Shown: positions 52,855 to 63,701 of the stretch, one piece after another
Layout: every line of letters starts with the position of its first letter
Numbering within the stretch: position 1 is the first letter of the stretch
Assembly: GCA_044220545.1 (NCBI GenBank)
Contig: JBGAQX010000024.1
Coordinates: forward strand, 1,771-65,770
DNA: 64,000 nucleotides
Direction of reading: 5' to 3'
Origin: Rhodocyclaceae bacterium
GTDB lineage: Bacteria > Pseudomonadota > Gammaproteobacteria > Burkholderiales > Rhodocyclaceae
The notes under the pieces: model-generated
Told to the model about the DNA's origin: nothing
The model's input: the letters and a program-made list of their open reading frames with translations, nothing else
The model's database searches: none
Translations under genes and position numbers: made by a program

Positions 52855-54300
52855 TCAACCGGTGCCGCCCACCGTCAGCCCATCAATCCGCAAGGTCGGC
52901 TGGCCGACGCCGACCGGCACGCTCTGGCCTTCCTTGCCGCAGGTGCCGACGCCGGGGTCGAGCGCCATGTCGTTGCCGATCATCGAGACGCGCGTCAGCA
53001 CGTCGGGGCCGTTGCCGATCAGCGTGGCGCCCTTGATCGGCGTGGTGATCCTGCCGTTTTCGATCAGGTAGGCCTCGGCGGTGGAGAAGACGAACTTGCC
53101 GCTGGTGATGTCCACCTGGCCGCCGCCGAAGTTGGCGGCGTAGAGGCCCTTCTTGACCGAGCGGATGATCTCTTCGGGGGACATGCCACCATTCGGGCCG
53201 TTGAGCATGTAGGTGTTGGTCATGCGCGGAATCGGCAGGTGGGCGAAGGACTCGCGCCGGCCGTTGCCGGTCGGCTGAACGCCCATCAGGCGCGCGTTGA
53301 GCGTGTCCTGGAGGTAGCCCTGGAGGATGCCGTCCTCGATCAGCACCGTGCGCCGGGTCGGGTTGCCCTCGTCATCGACGGACAGCGAGCCGCGCCGGTC
53401 GGGGATGGTGCCGTCGTCTACCACCGTGACGCCCTTGGCCGCCACCCGCTGGCCGACCCGGCCGGCGAAGGCGGAACTGCCCTTGCGATTGAAGTCGCCC
53501 TCCAGGCCGTGGCCAATGGCCTCATGGAGCAGGATGCCGGGCCAACCGGAGCCCAGTACCACGGTCATGCTGCCGGCCGGGGCCGGTTTGGCGGCCAGAT
53601 TGACGCTGGCCTGGTGCACGGCCTCGCGGGCATACTGGCGCAGGCGCTCGTCGGTGAAGTAGCCGTAGTCGTAGCGGCCGCCGCCGCCGGAATGACCCTG
53701 CTCGCGCTTCTTGCCGTCGACCATGATGACGGTGATCGACACCCGCGCCAGCGGGCGCACATCGGCCGCCAGGTGGCCGTCGGAGCGCGCCACCAGCACC
53801 ACTTCCCAACTGCCGGCGACATGGGCCATCACCTCGGCGACGCGCGGATCGAGGTCGCGGGCGAACTGTTCCAGACGTTCGAGCAGCCGGACCTTTTCGG
53901 CATCCGGCAGCGAGGGAATCGGATCGTACGCGCCATAGAGCGCCGGCGCGGCGCGGCCGGTCAGTTGCGGCAGGCTGCCCGCGGCGCCGGCGGCAGCGAT
54001 GGCCCGGGTCGCCCTGGCCGCGCCTTGCAGGGCCGGCAGGCTGATTTCATCGGAGTAGGCGAAGGCGGTCTTGTCGCCACTGACGGCGCGCACACCGACG
54101 CCCTGGTCGATGCTGTAGCTGCCCGACTTGACGATGCCCTCCTCCAGGCTCCAGGCCTCGGAGCGGGCATACTGGAAATAAAGGTCGGCATAGTCGATGC
54201 GGTGCCCGAACATGTCGCCAAAGACGGTGGCCAGTTTGCCCGGCGTCAGGTCGTAGGGAGCAAGCAGGGTTTGTTCGGCGGTGCGGTAGAGATCGGTCAT
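52855..54300 (-). CDS. tldD: Metalloprotease TldD
   Basis: 481 aa. GILLHEAIGHGLEGD (HExxxH) and C-terminal GMCGKEGQ-like GTCGKEGQSVPVG. Confidence 0.9.
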   Translation of the reverse strand: MTDLYRTAEQTLLAPYDLTPGKLATVFGDMFGHRIDYADLYFQYARSEAWSLEEGIVKSGSYSIDQGVGVRAVSGDKTAFAYSDEISLPALQGAARATRAIAAAGAAGSLPQLTGRAAPALYGAYDPIPSLPDAEKVRLLERLEQFARDLDPRVAEVMAHVAGSWEVVLVARSDGHLAADVRPLARVSITVIMVDGKKREQGHSGGGGRYDYGYFTDERLRQYAREAVHQASVNLAAKPAPAGSMTVVLGSGWPGILLHEAIGHGLEGDFNRKGSSAFAGRVGQRVAAKGVTVVDDGTIPDRRGSLSVDDEGNPTRRTVLIEDGILQGYLQDTLNARLMGVQPTGNGRRESFAHLPIPRMTNTYMLNGPNGGMSPEEIIRSVKKGLYAANFGGGQVDITSGKFVFSTAEAYLIENGRITTPIKGATLIGNGPDVLTRVSMIGNDMALDPGVGTCGKEGQSVPVGVGQPTLRIDGLTVGGTG

Positions 54301-54309
54301 GGAGGTCGG

Positions 54310-55116
54310 TCAAAGCTTTCTGTGAGTCAGCGCCGGCAGGCTGCCACGTACTTCGGCAATCCGCGCGGGGTCGAGTTCCGCCACGATAACACCCTCGCCT
54401 TTGTCCATGCGGGCGAGGCTGTCACCCCAGGGATCGAGGATCATGCTGTTGCCATGGGTCATGCGGCCGGTCGGGTGCTGGCCGCCCTGGGCGGCGGCGA
54501 GCAGATAACACTGGTTTTCGATGGCGCGCGCCCGCAGCAGGACTTCCCAGTGGGCGCGGCCGGTGGTTTCGGTGAAGGCGGCGGGAACAACCAGAAGATC
54601 AACGGCGGACATGGCGCGAAACAGCTCGGGGAAACGCAAGTCGTAGCAGATGGCCAGGCCGATGCGCAAGGAATGCGGCCCGAGCGGCGCATCGAACGTC
54701 ACCACCTTGTCACCGGCCTCGATGGTCGCCGCCTCGTCGTAGCGCTCCTCGCCCTTGGTGAAACCGAACAGGTGGATCTTGTCGTAGCGCGCCACCCGCC
54801 GGCCTTGGTCGTCAAATACAAGACAGGAATTGAGCAGCTTGTCCGGGTCGCGCGCGGCCAGCGGAATGGAGCCGCCGACCAGCCAGACGCCGTGCTTCCG
54901 GGCGGTCTCGGCGAGAAAGGCCTGGATCGGCCCCTCGTCCGGCAACTCGCGCGCCGCCCGCCGCGTGGCATCGTCGGCGCCGATCAGGGGAAAGTACTCG
55001 GGCAGCGCGACCAGCCGCGCGCCCGCCGCGGCGGCGGTGCCGACCAGACGGGCGGCGGTGGCCAGGTTGGGCGCCACCTCGGGCCCGGAAATCATCTGCA
55101 CGGCGGCGATCTTCAT
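54310..55116 (-). CDS. Carbon-nitrogen hydrolase (nitrilase superfamily) protein
   Basis: MKIAAVQM...LPEYF, KIHLF and ICYDLRFPELF motifs (Glu-Lys-Cys triad context). Confidence 0.85.
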   Translation of the reverse strand: MKIAAVQMISGPEVAPNLATAARLVGTAAAAGARLVALPEYFPLIGADDATRRAARELPDEGPIQAFLAETARKHGVWLVGGSIPLAARDPDKLLNSCLVFDDQGRRVARYDKIHLFGFTKGEERYDEAATIEAGDKVVTFDAPLGPHSLRIGLAICYDLRFPELFRAMSAVDLLVVPAAFTETTGRAHWEVLLRARAIENQCYLLAAAQGGQHPTGRMTHGNSMILDPWGDSLARMDKGEGVIVAELDPARIAEVRGSLPALTHRKL

Positions 55117-58100
55117 GGCGCCGGTTCCGCCTTCTGTTCCACCGAGGGGCCTTGCACCGCCAGCTTTTCGACCGTCGGCTCGATCCAGGAGCCCTTCACC
55201 GCATAGTCGAAGGCGAACGCCTTGTCGAGCGGATTGCCGAATACCTTGTTCATGACCCAGGCCGCCGCGCCGACGGCGGGGTTGACCAGCAGCACACCGG
55301 TGGCGACGGTCTCGCTCACCGAGGGCTGCACGCGGACCTTGAGGTCCTGCGTCTCCCGCGCCAGATCGACGCTGCCGTTCATCAGCACCTTGGCCGCCGG
55401 CCCCTGGATCTGGAGGTCGCGGGTCTCCATCACGCCATGGGTGACGGCGAAGCTGCCCTTGAGGCTGTCGAAGGCGAAGCCCTCGCTGAAGATGTCCCGG
55501 AAATCGAGGCTGATCCGCCGGGGCAGCGATTGCAGGCTGACGATGCCAAGGAGCCGGCCGACGCCCGGTTCCAGCTTGTTGAACTGGCCGTTGGCCGCTT
55601 CGAGTTTCAGTTGGCCCTTGAGGCTGCCGTAGTCGAGCGTGGTCGGCGGACCGGCCCAGCCGAGCCCGCCTTCCAGGCTGGCCGTGCCGCGACGGACGGC
55701 GCCGGGGTGTCCGAGGCGCGCCAGCATTTTCTCGACGCTCTTGGTGCTCAGCCTGAAATCGATTCCGGTTTCGGAAGACGCCGTCGCCGTGCGCGGTTTC
55801 CAGCGGCCGGTGCCATCGAGACTGCCATCCGGGTTCTTCGCGTCGAAGCGCGCGTTCCAGACGCCGTCGATGTTTTCAGCCTTGAGCCGCAACTCGCCCA
55901 GGTCGCGGCCATGGAGCAGGAAATGCTCGATCGCCAGATCGAGGGCCGGCATGGGTTCGGCGGAGTCGGCCACCGGCTCGGCGGTGCCGGCGTCGGTATT
56001 TTCCGGCAGATCCAGACGAGCCAGGCGGGCGGTCAGTTGGCCGGCGCCCTGGCCGTTCCACTCCAGCTTGCCGGTGGCTTCCCGGCTCTTCAAGTCGATC
56101 TTCCAGAGGCCGTTGTCGAGGTTGCCGGCCAGTTGCAGGGCGTTGATCGAGCGTCCCATGGCCACAAACTCGTCGGCGCGCAGATCGAGCCGATCCAGCG
56201 GCAGCGGGTCGGCCTTGCCGCCATTGCCGCCATTGCCGCCATTGTCGCCATTTCTGCCATTGCCATTGCCGTTGCCCGCCTTTACCAGGCCGCGCCAGAA
56301 ATCGGTATCGATGCGCGCCGCCTTGACCGCCAGCAGCACGCCCTGATCCGGCGGACGCGCGTCCGGGCGGCCAACGGCGATCAGGCCGCGCTCCACCACC
56401 GCCTTGCCTTCGTCGTGGCGGCGCACCAACTGAAAACGCAGCACGTCGCCCAGGCTGGCCGACAACTGGTCCCGCTCGCCGGCCGGCGTCCGCTCGCTGC
56501 CCGGGCGCCGGCCCTTGGGCGGCTGCGGCAGTTCCGGAGGCGGCTTGCGTTCGAACACCAGTGGCAGGGAATCGGCGGTCGTCTTGTTGAAGGGCTCCGG
56601 CAGGCTGGAGGAGATGCCTTGCAAGGTCGATTCGATGCGCACCTCGGCGGACCGCTTCTTCACCCGGATGGTGCCGGTCCACGGCGCGCCGCCGGACAAG
56701 TGTTCGAACAGCGGGTGGCCATACCGCTGGCGCAGGGCACGCACGCTCATGCTGCCCGCCGCCCGGATGGCGACGCGGCCGTCCTCGGTCGCCACGTCGA
56801 GCGTCATGGGCGCGCCGAGCATGGCTGCGCGCACCTTCCTGGCCTCCAGCACGTCGCCGGTGAAATGGAGTTCGCCGTTGATGTCGGCGAGCGGCGGCAG
56901 GTCGGCATCGAAAACCAGCCCGTTGCCGGCCAGCCGGAAACGGCCATCCACCCGGCTGTCGATCATGCGGTAGAGCGGCAGGTCGAGCCGAAGGCGCAGC
57001 TCGCCATTGCCCGAGGCGACCATGTCCTGGGTGACGTGATCGATGCGCTCGCCCACCGGGCTGGCTTCGACGAAACGCAGAAAATCCGTTGTCGGACCGG
57101 TGGCTGTCCCGGTAACGACCAGTTCGGCCTTGTCCAGATCGGCGATCTCCGCCTTGGTATCGGTTATCTGGACGCCCCACAGTTTGGCCCGGCGGGCGCG
57201 GATGACCATGCGGGCACCAACGAACTCCAGGTCGCCGGCGACATCTTCGAACCCCGGCCAGCCCGTGGCATAGCGCAGGCCGGCGCCCTGGAACGGCCCC
57301 TTGATCTCGAAGATGCCCGAGCCGTCGCGATAGGGAAAGCGGTCCAGGTCGCCCTTCAGGCGCAGCGTTGCCGCAGCCGCGCCGCCGACGATGGACGCGC
57401 GCAGCCAGTCGCGCGTGTCCTGGTTGACCACCAGCGGCATGTAGCGCCAGACGGCGGCGCCGCTGGCGCGCGTCAGCCGGGCGGACAGATCGATCTCGCC
57501 GGGACCGGTGGCCAGGGTTCGATAGTGGCCGCTGGCTTCGCCGGCCGCGTCGGCGTTGTGGAAAGTCGCCTTGCGGAGCTGGACGGCCACGGTGCCGCCC
57601 TCGACCTTCCAGTCGCCGACCGCGTCGAGCGCGGTGAGCGGCAGGCTGGGGTCGGCAAAGACCCCCGGCAGCTCGAGGCTGGCATCCCGGCTGGCCAGTT
57701 CCAGCGTGCCGCCCTTTTCGTTACCCTCGACACTGCCGCTCAGCCCGGAAAACCCCGGCACCGCGCCTTGCGGCCGCAGGCCGAGCTTCTGGAAACGCGC
57801 CTTGAGGCTGTAGGTGGCCACCTTCTCGGGCTCGCCGGTCCACGCCAGGCGCAGGTCGCTCACCCGGCCTTGCGGCCCGTAGGCCACCAGTTTGTCGCGC
57901 AGGCCGGCATCGAGCGGCAGGTGCCGGGCCAATGCCGCCAGCGCACCCAGGTCGAGGCCGTTGGCGGTGGTGTCGCCGCGCGCCAACCGCGTTCCGCTCG
58001 CGGGGTGCCACTTGAAGGTGAGGTCGGTCGGATCGATGCGCGCGCCGTCGCCCATCAGCAGCGCCAGATGTCTGGCTTCCAGCGCGTAGCCGTCGGCGAG

Positions 58101-59069
58101 GCGTCGGGCGGCCAGGCGCCCTTCCACGTGGCTCGTTTCGAGCATGGGCAGCTCCGGCGCCAGGCGCACGGCCACGTCAGCGAGACGCACGTCGGCGGTT
58201 ACATCGGTCAGCTCCCGGCTGGCAAAACTCAGCCACAGCCGTAGGCCGCCGCTGCCGCGCGGCAGGTCGACCGGGTAGTCGAACCAGGCCCGCCAGCCGG
58301 CCAGATCGGCATAGTCGAGCTCCGCGTAGGCGTCGCCCTTCCAGGCTGCCAGCGCATCGAGGTCGCGGCCCCGAAAGTCGCCACGAATATCCAGCCGGGC
58401 GGTCAATTCACGGGGCGGTTCCGCCGTCAGGCCGAAGCGGTGATGGCTGCCGCTGTTGCGCAAGTCGAAGTTGAGCCGTGCCAGCACCAGGGGCGGTGCC
58501 TGGCGCAGATCGTCGTGCCATGAAACGGTCGCGTTGCGAATGACGACGCGGTCTTGAGCCAGCAGCCAGTCGGAAAGATCGTCGTCCGGCTCGTCGTCCG
58601 CCTTGATCTCCAGGCCGGCGACAAACAGCCGGCCCTGGGCGTCGCGCCGCAGGTTCAGGCTGGGCGCGTTGATCTCCAGCCGGGCAAAGCGCGGTTGAAA
58701 ACGCCAGAGCGTGGCCCAGGCCAGGTCGGCCTCCACCTCGTCGAAAGCCAGTGCCGGACGCCCTTGCGTGTCGTGGATCGCCAGGCCGTGGATGCGCAGA
58801 TTCGGCCAATAGCCCCGCCAACTGGCATCGATGGCGCGAATACTGACCGGCAGGGTGAGGGCCTGGGAAAGCGCCCGCTCGATGTCGCCGCGATAGTGGT
58901 CGATGCCCGGCAGCACGACGTGCCGCAGCGCGAGCACCAGCACGCCGACCGCGAAATAGGCCACCACGGCCACCCACGCCAGCGCACGCAGCAAGCGGCG
59001 CGGCCAGGCGGCGGAAAACAGGATACGGAACGAGGCGCCGGGGCGGGAGGTTGGCAATGGGGAGTGCAT
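55113..59069 (-). CDS. yhdP: YhdP-family (AsmA-like, DUF3971) large envelope protein
   Basis: Start at ATG 59069 (MHSPLPTS..., followed by a TM segment). About 1300 aa of beta-rich sequence. Conserved position between the C-N hydrolase gene and glnE. Confidence 0.8.
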   Translation of the reverse strand: MHSPLPTSRPGASFRILFSAAWPRRLLRALAWVAVVAYFAVGVLVLALRHVVLPGIDHYRGDIERALSQALTLPVSIRAIDASWRGYWPNLRIHGLAIHDTQGRPALAFDEVEADLAWATLWRFQPRFARLEINAPSLNLRRDAQGRLFVAGLEIKADDEPDDDLSDWLLAQDRVVIRNATVSWHDDLRQAPPLVLARLNFDLRNSGSHHRFGLTAEPPRELTARLDIRGDFRGRDLDALAAWKGDAYAELDYADLAGWRAWFDYPVDLPRGSGGLRLWLSFASRELTDVTADVRLADVAVRLAPELPMLETSHVEGRLAARRLADGYALEARHLALLMGDGARIDPTDLTFKWHPASGTRLARGDTTANGLDLGALAALARHLPLDAGLRDKLVAYGPQGRVSDLRLAWTGEPEKVATYSLKARFQKLGLRPQGAVPGFSGLSGSVEGNEKGGTLELASRDASLELPGVFADPSLPLTALDAVGDWKVEGGTVAVQLRKATFHNADAAGEASGHYRTLATGPGEIDLSARLTRASGAAVWRYMPLVVNQDTRDWLRASIVGGAAAATLRLKGDLDRFPYRDGSGIFEIKGPFQGAGLRYATGWPGFEDVAGDLEFVGARMVIRARRAKLWGVQITDTKAEIADLDKAELVVTGTATGPTTDFLRFVEASPVGERIDHVTQDMVASGNGELRLRLDLPLYRMIDSRVDGRFRLAGNGLVFDADLPPLADINGELHFTGDVLEARKVRAAMLGAPMTLDVATEDGRVAIRAAGSMSVRALRQRYGHPLFEHLSGGAPWTGTIRVKKRSAEVRIESTLQGISSSLPEPFNKTTADSLPLVFERKPPPELPQPPKGRRPGSERTPAGERDQLSASLGDVLRFQLVRRHDEGKAVVERGLIAVGRPDARPPDQGVLLAVKAARIDTDFWRGLVKAGNGNGNGRNGDNGGNGGNGGKADPLPLDRLDLRADEFVAMGRSINALQLAGNLDNGLWKIDLKSREATGKLEWNGQGAGQLTARLARLDLPENTDAGTAEPVADSAEPMPALDLAIEHFLLHGRDLGELRLKAENIDGVWNARFDAKNPDGSLDGTGRWKPRTATASSETGIDFRLSTKSVEKMLARLGHPGAVRRGTASLEGGLGWAGPPTTLDYGSLKGQLKLEAANGQFNKLEPGVGRLLGIVSLQSLPRRISLDFRDIFSEGFAFDSLKGSFAVTHGVMETRDLQIQGPAAKVLMNGSVDLARETQDLKVRVQPSVSETVATGVLLVNPAVGAAAWVMNKVFGNPLDKAFAFDYAVKGSWIEPTVEKLAVQGPSVEQKAEPAP
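56215..56280 (-). repeat. In-frame GCCATTGCC-type tandem repeats encoding an Asn/Gly-rich stretch (NGNGNGRNGDNGGNGGNGG) inside yhdP
   Basis: Seen directly on the plus strand: gccattgccgccattgccgccattgtcgccatttctgccattgccattgccgttgcc. Confidence 0.65.
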
Positions 59070-59121
59070 GGGCCCGAGCGGGCTTAAAATGGCCGACTGA
59101 TAACGAGCCGATTGTAAACCA

Positions 59122-61809
59122 ATGCCCCACGCCACCTCCGCCGCCGCCGTGGAACAAGCCTGCCGGTTCTCGCGCCACCTCCAGCGACAGTTGCAGGCCC
59201 GCCCGGGCCTGACGACGGAAACCGCCGCCAGCCTGGACACACCGCTCGGCCGCGCGGAACTGGAAGGCTGGCTGGCCGAGGAACCCCTCACCGAAGACAA
59301 CCTCAAGGCGGCGCTGCGCCGCCTCAAGCAGCGCGCCTATGCGCGCATCTGCGCCCGCGACCTGGCTTGCCAGTCGCCGCTGGCCGAAATCACCGAGGCG
59401 ATGACCCTGATCGCTGAAACGGCGGTGGGCGCCGCGCTTCGGGTACTGGAGGAGAGTCTGGCCGGCCGCTATGGCATGCCGAGAAATGCCCGGGGCGAGC
59501 CTCAGCGTCTGATCGTCATCGGCATGGGCAAGCTGGGCGGCCGCGAGTTGAACGTCTCTTCCGACATCGACCTGATCTTCGTCTACCCGGAGGATGGCGA
59601 TACCGATGGTGGCCGGGCGATCTCCAATTTCGAGTTCTTCTCCCGACTGGGCAAACAACTGATCGCCGCCATCGCAGAGGTGACGGGCGACGGCCAGGTG
59701 TTCCGCGTGGACATGCGCCTGCGGCCCAATGGCGATTCCGGCCCGCTGGCTTGTTCGTTCCAGATGCTGGAGAACTACTTCATCACCCAGGGGCGCGAGT
59801 GGGAGCGCTATGCCTGGATCAAGGCGCGGCCGCTGACAGGCGACCGCCTCGATGACCTGGAAGCCATCCGTCGCCCGTTCGTGTTCCGCAAGTATCTCGA
59901 TTTCGGCACCATCAACGCGATGCGCGAACTCCACGCGCAGATTCGCCGCGAAGTGGCGAAGAAGGACATGGCCGACAACGTCAAGCTCGGCCCGGGCGGT
60001 ATCCGGGAGATCGAGTTCATCGCCCAGGTGTTCCAGTTGATCCGCGGCGGCCGGGACCGCGTTTTGCAGATCAAACCGACCACCCAGGTGCTGCGACTGC
60101 TGGTCGACCGGGGGCAGCTCGGCCTCGACGCCGTGGTTGAACTGACCACGGCCTACGACTTTCTGCGCCGCCTCGAACACCGCTTGCAGTATCTCGACGA
60201 CGCCCAGACGCACAGCCTGCCGACCCAGCCCGAGGACAGGGAACTAATCGCCCGGGCAATGGGCTTCGCCTCCTTCGCGGCGTTGGCGATGGAGCTCGAC
60301 GACCATCGGCAGAATGTCTCCCGCCATTTCGAAGCGGTGTTCGCCGACCCCAACGAGCGCAACCACGCCCTCGACGGCGTCTGGCAGGGGCCGGACCGTG
60401 CCGATCAGGCGGACGAGCTGACCCGGCTGGGCTTTCGCGATGCCCCGGCCGCCCGGGCCCGGCTGACCGGCATTCGCGCCGGCAGCCGCTACCAGCAACT
60501 CTCGGAGGTCGCCCGCGGCCGCTTCGATGCCCTGGTGCCCCGCCTGATCGAGGCCGCCGCCGCCCTGCCCAACGCCGACGCGGCGCTGTCACGGGGTCTG
60601 GACCTGCTGGAGGCGGTGTCGCGCCGCGCCGCCTACCTGGCCCTGCTGCAACAGTATCCGCAGGCCTTGCAATGGGTGGCGAAGATCGTCGGCAGTTCGA
60701 GCTGGGCGGCGACTTACCTGAATCGGCATCCGGTGCTGCTCGACGAATTGCTCGACGCCCGCCTGCTCGACGCGACGCCCGACTGGCCGGCGTTTCGCGG
60801 CCAGTTGGCGCAGGTACTGGACGACGCGGAACCGGACACCGAACGGCAGATGGATCTGCTGCGCGAAGCGCATCACGCCCAGGTGTTCCGCCTCCTGACG
60901 CAGGATCTGTCGGGTGTGCTGACCATCGAACGCCTGGCCGACCACCTTTCGGAACTGGCCGACATCATGGTCGATCTGGCCCTGATCCTTGCCTGGCGCA
61001 AGCTGCTGAAGCGCCACGTGGAAACGCCGCGCTTCGCCGTGATCAGCTATGGCAAGCTGGGCGGCAAGGAACTGGGCTACGCGTCCGACCTCGACCTGGT
61101 TTTCCTGTTCGACGACCCGGCGCCAGAAGCGGGCGAGATCTACTCACGGCTGGGTACCCGCCTGAACACCTGGTTGTCGGCGCAAACCTCGGCCGGCCAG
61201 TTGTTCGAGACCGACCTGCGCCTGCGCCCCAACGGCGACTCCGGCCTGGTGGTCAGCTCGATGGCGGCCTTCCGCCAGTATCAGCTCGAATCGGCCTGGC
61301 TCTGGGAGCATCAGGCGCTGACCCGCGCGCGCTTCACCGCCGGCGATCCCGCCGTCGGCGCCGCTTTCGAACGCATCCGGTGCGAGGTGCTCTGCCAGAA
61401 GCGCGACCTCGCCAAGCTGCGCGAGGAAATCATGGCGATGCGCAAGAAGATGCTGGATGCGCACGCGACGACGATGGACGAACGCGACACAGTCTTCAAC
61501 CTCAAGCACGACGCGGGCGGCCTGATCGACGTCGAGTTCGTCGTGCAATACCTCGTGCTCGGTTACTCTTGGCAGTACCGCGAGCTCACCGGAAACAAGG
61601 GCAACATCGCGCTGCTGGCGATGGCTGCGCAGCGCGGCCTGATCCCCGTCGACCTTGCCGACGCCGTGCGCGACGCCTATCGCGACTACCGCCGCATGCA
61701 GCACGTGGCGCGCCTCAACGACCAGACCAGCCGCATCGCCAAGGCGGACGTGGCCGAACGCGTCGTCGTCGTCCGCCGCCTCTGGAAAACCGTCTTCAAT
61801 CCCGACTAA
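59122..61809 (+). CDS. glnE: Bifunctional glutamine synthetase adenylyltransferase / adenylyl-removing enzyme
   Basis: 895 aa with two nucleotidyltransferase repeats (GKLGGRELNVSSDIDLIF and GKLGGKELGYASDLDLVF). Confidence 0.95.
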   Translation: MPHATSAAAVEQACRFSRHLQRQLQARPGLTTETAASLDTPLGRAELEGWLAEEPLTEDNLKAALRRLKQRAYARICARDLACQSPLAEITEAMTLIAETAVGAALRVLEESLAGRYGMPRNARGEPQRLIVIGMGKLGGRELNVSSDIDLIFVYPEDGDTDGGRAISNFEFFSRLGKQLIAAIAEVTGDGQVFRVDMRLRPNGDSGPLACSFQMLENYFITQGREWERYAWIKARPLTGDRLDDLEAIRRPFVFRKYLDFGTINAMRELHAQIRREVAKKDMADNVKLGPGGIREIEFIAQVFQLIRGGRDRVLQIKPTTQVLRLLVDRGQLGLDAVVELTTAYDFLRRLEHRLQYLDDAQTHSLPTQPEDRELIARAMGFASFAALAMELDDHRQNVSRHFEAVFADPNERNHALDGVWQGPDRADQADELTRLGFRDAPAARARLTGIRAGSRYQQLSEVARGRFDALVPRLIEAAAALPNADAALSRGLDLLEAVSRRAAYLALLQQYPQALQWVAKIVGSSSWAATYLNRHPVLLDELLDARLLDATPDWPAFRGQLAQVLDDAEPDTERQMDLLREAHHAQVFRLLTQDLSGVLTIERLADHLSELADIMVDLALILAWRKLLKRHVETPRFAVISYGKLGGKELGYASDLDLVFLFDDPAPEAGEIYSRLGTRLNTWLSAQTSAGQLFETDLRLRPNGDSGLVVSSMAAFRQYQLESAWLWEHQALTRARFTAGDPAVGAAFERIRCEVLCQKRDLAKLREEIMAMRKKMLDAHATTMDERDTVFNLKHDAGGLIDVEFVVQYLVLGYSWQYRELTGNKGNIALLAMAAQRGLIPVDLADAVRDAYRDYRRMQHVARLNDQTSRIAKADVAERVVVVRRLWKTVFNPD

Positions 61810-61824
61810 AACAAGGAAACGACC

Positions 61825-63063
61825 ATGCCCGTCAACCTGAACCCGCCTGTCGCCGCCGATCTGCACCCGGTCGCGGGCGTGCGGCTCGGCGTCACCGAAG
61901 CCAGTATCCGCAAGGCCAACCGGCGCGACCTGACGCTGATCGAACTCGCGCCCGGCAGCCGGGCGGCCGGCGTGTTTACGCAGAATCGCTTCTGCGCGGC
62001 GCCGGTGCAAGTCTGCAAGCAGCACCTGGCCACGGGTGACATCCGCGCCCTGGTCATCAATACCGGCATCGCCAACGCCGGCACCGGCGAGGCCGGCCTG
62101 CACGCGGCGCAACTGACCTGCCAGGCTGCGGCGCGCATCCTCGACATCCGGGCCGATCAGGTGTTGCCCTTTTCCACCGGCGTGATCATGGAACCGCTGC
62201 CGGTCGAGCGCCTCCAGGCCGGTCTGCCGGCCTGCCAGACGGCGCTCAGGGCGGATGGCTGGTTCGAAGCGGCGCACGCCATCATGACCACCGATACGCT
62301 GGCCAAGGCCTTTTCGGTGCGGACCAGCATCGGCGGACAGGCGGTGACCATCACCGGCATCGCCAAGGGCGCCGGCATGATCAAGCCGAACATGGCGACC
62401 ATGCTCGGTTTCGTCGCCACCGACGCGGTGATCAGCCAGCCCATGCTCGACCGGCTGGTCAGGGAAGTGGCCGACGAGTCGTTCAACTGCGTCAGCGTCG
62501 ATGGCGACACCTCGACCAACGATTCCTTCATCCTGATCGCCACCGGCAAGGGTCGCGCGCGCTTCGAGTCGATCGACGCGCCGGGCTGGGCCGAGCTGAA
62601 GGCCGCCGTCACCGGGGTCGCCCGCCAACTGGCGCAGGCCATCGTCCGCGACGGCGAGGGAGCGACCAAGTTCATCGAGATCGCCGTCGAAGGCGCCCAC
62701 TCGAAGGACGAGGCCAAAGCGGTCGGCTACGCGATCGCCCACTCGCCGCTGGTGAAGACGGCGTTCTTCGCCTCCGACCCCAACCTCGGCCGCATCCTCG
62801 GCGCGATCGGCAACGCCTGGACCGGCAACGCCGCGCTGGCCGATCTCGATGTGACAAGAGTGAGGCTCTGGCTGGGCGACGTGCTGGTTTCGGAGAATGG
62901 CGGCCGGGCGGCGAGCTACCGGGAAGAGGACGGCGCGCGGGTCATGAAACCCGCCGAGATCACCGTACGGGTGGACCTCGGCCGCGGCGGCGTTGCCGCC
63001 AAGGTGTGGACCTGCGACTTCTCCTACGACTACGTGAAGATCAACGCCGACTACCGGTCGTGA
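61825..63063 (+). CDS. argJ: Bifunctional glutamate N-acetyltransferase / amino-acid acetyltransferase
   Basis: 412 aa. [19 protein letters not shown] (autoproteolytic ATML site) and C-terminal [15 protein letters not shown]. Confidence 0.95.
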   Translation: MPVNLNPPVAADLHPVAGVRLGVTEASIRKANRRDLTLIELAPGSRAAGVFTQNRFCAAPVQVCKQHLATGDIRALVINTGIANAGTGEAGLHAAQLTCQAAARILDIRADQVLPFSTGVIMEPLPVERLQAGLPACQTALRADGWFEAAHAIMTTDTLAKAFSVRTSIGGQAVTITGIAKGAGMIKPNMATMLGFVATDAVISQPMLDRLVREVADESFNCVSVDGDTSTNDSFILIATGKGRARFESIDAPGWAELKAAVTGVARQLAQAIVRDGEGATKFIEIAVEGAHSKDEAKAVGYAIAHSPLVKTAFFASDPNLGRILGAIGNAWTGNAALADLDVTRVRLWLGDVLVSENGGRAASYREEDGARVMKPAEITVRVDLGRGGVAAKVWTCDFSYDYVKINADYRS

Positions 63064-63701
63064 ACCTCGTCTGGGTCGCGCTGACGTGGCTCGCCTACGC
63101 GGCGCTCCATTCGCTGCTCGCCTCGCTGGCTGTCAAGCACTGGGTCGCCCGCCGCTGGCCGGCGCTGATGCCGGCCTACCGGCTCGCCTTCAACGCCTTT
63201 GCCGCGCTGGCCCTGCTGCCGGTGCTCTGGCTGGTGTACGGCACCGAGAGCGCCTGGCTGTGGCGCTGGACCGGCCCGGCGGCCTGGCTGGCCAACACAT
63301 TGGCCCTGGCCGCCCTCGCCGGCTTCGCCATCACGGCCCGGGCCTACGACATGGACGAGTTCCTCGGCCTGCGCCAGTGGCGGCGGCATGATCGGGGCAC
63401 CGATGACCGCGAGCCATTCGCCCTGTCGACAGTGCACCGCTTCATTCGCCACCCCTGGTATTTCTTCGGCCTGGTGCTGGTCTGGACGCGCGACATGAAC
63501 GGTCCGTTGCTGACCTCGGCGCTGGCGATCACCGCCTATTTCATCGTTGGCTCATGGCTGGAGGATCGAAAGCTGGCGGCGCTGCACGGGCAGGCCTATC
63601 GGTCGTATCGCGAGCGCGTGCCGGGCCTGGTGCCGCTGCCCTGGAAGTTCCTGACCGCGCAACAGGCGCGGGACTTAGTGCAGCGTGCGGGGCATGGATA
63701 G
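63060..63701 (+). CDS. Membrane methyltransferase-family protein (ICMT/PEMT/NnrU-like)
   Basis: GTG 63060 overlaps the argJ stop (GTGA). Multi-TM with the RHPWYF motif and a C-terminal ...[10 protein letters not shown]. Confidence 0.65.
   Translation: MNLVWVALTWLAYAALHSLLASLAVKHWVARRWPALMPAYRLAFNAFAALALLPVLWLVYGTESAWLWRWTGPAAWLANTLALAALAGFAITARAYDMDEFLGLRQWRRHDRGTDDREPFALSTVHRFIRHPWYFFGLVLVWTRDMNGPLLTSALAITAYFIVGSWLEDRKLAALHGQAYRSYRERVPGLVPLPWKFLTAQQARDLVQRAGHG

Noticed and set aside
55152-58244. 1030-aa plus-strand ORF, and similar long antisense ORFs at 19319-21502, 37527-39662, 50514-52397, 51725-53071, 53239-55206, 58408-60213 and 61144-62742
   Set aside because: Every one overlaps a well-supported gene on the opposite strand and translates to Arg/Gly/Ala/Pro/His-rich sequence without motifs. 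They are treated as non-coding shadows.
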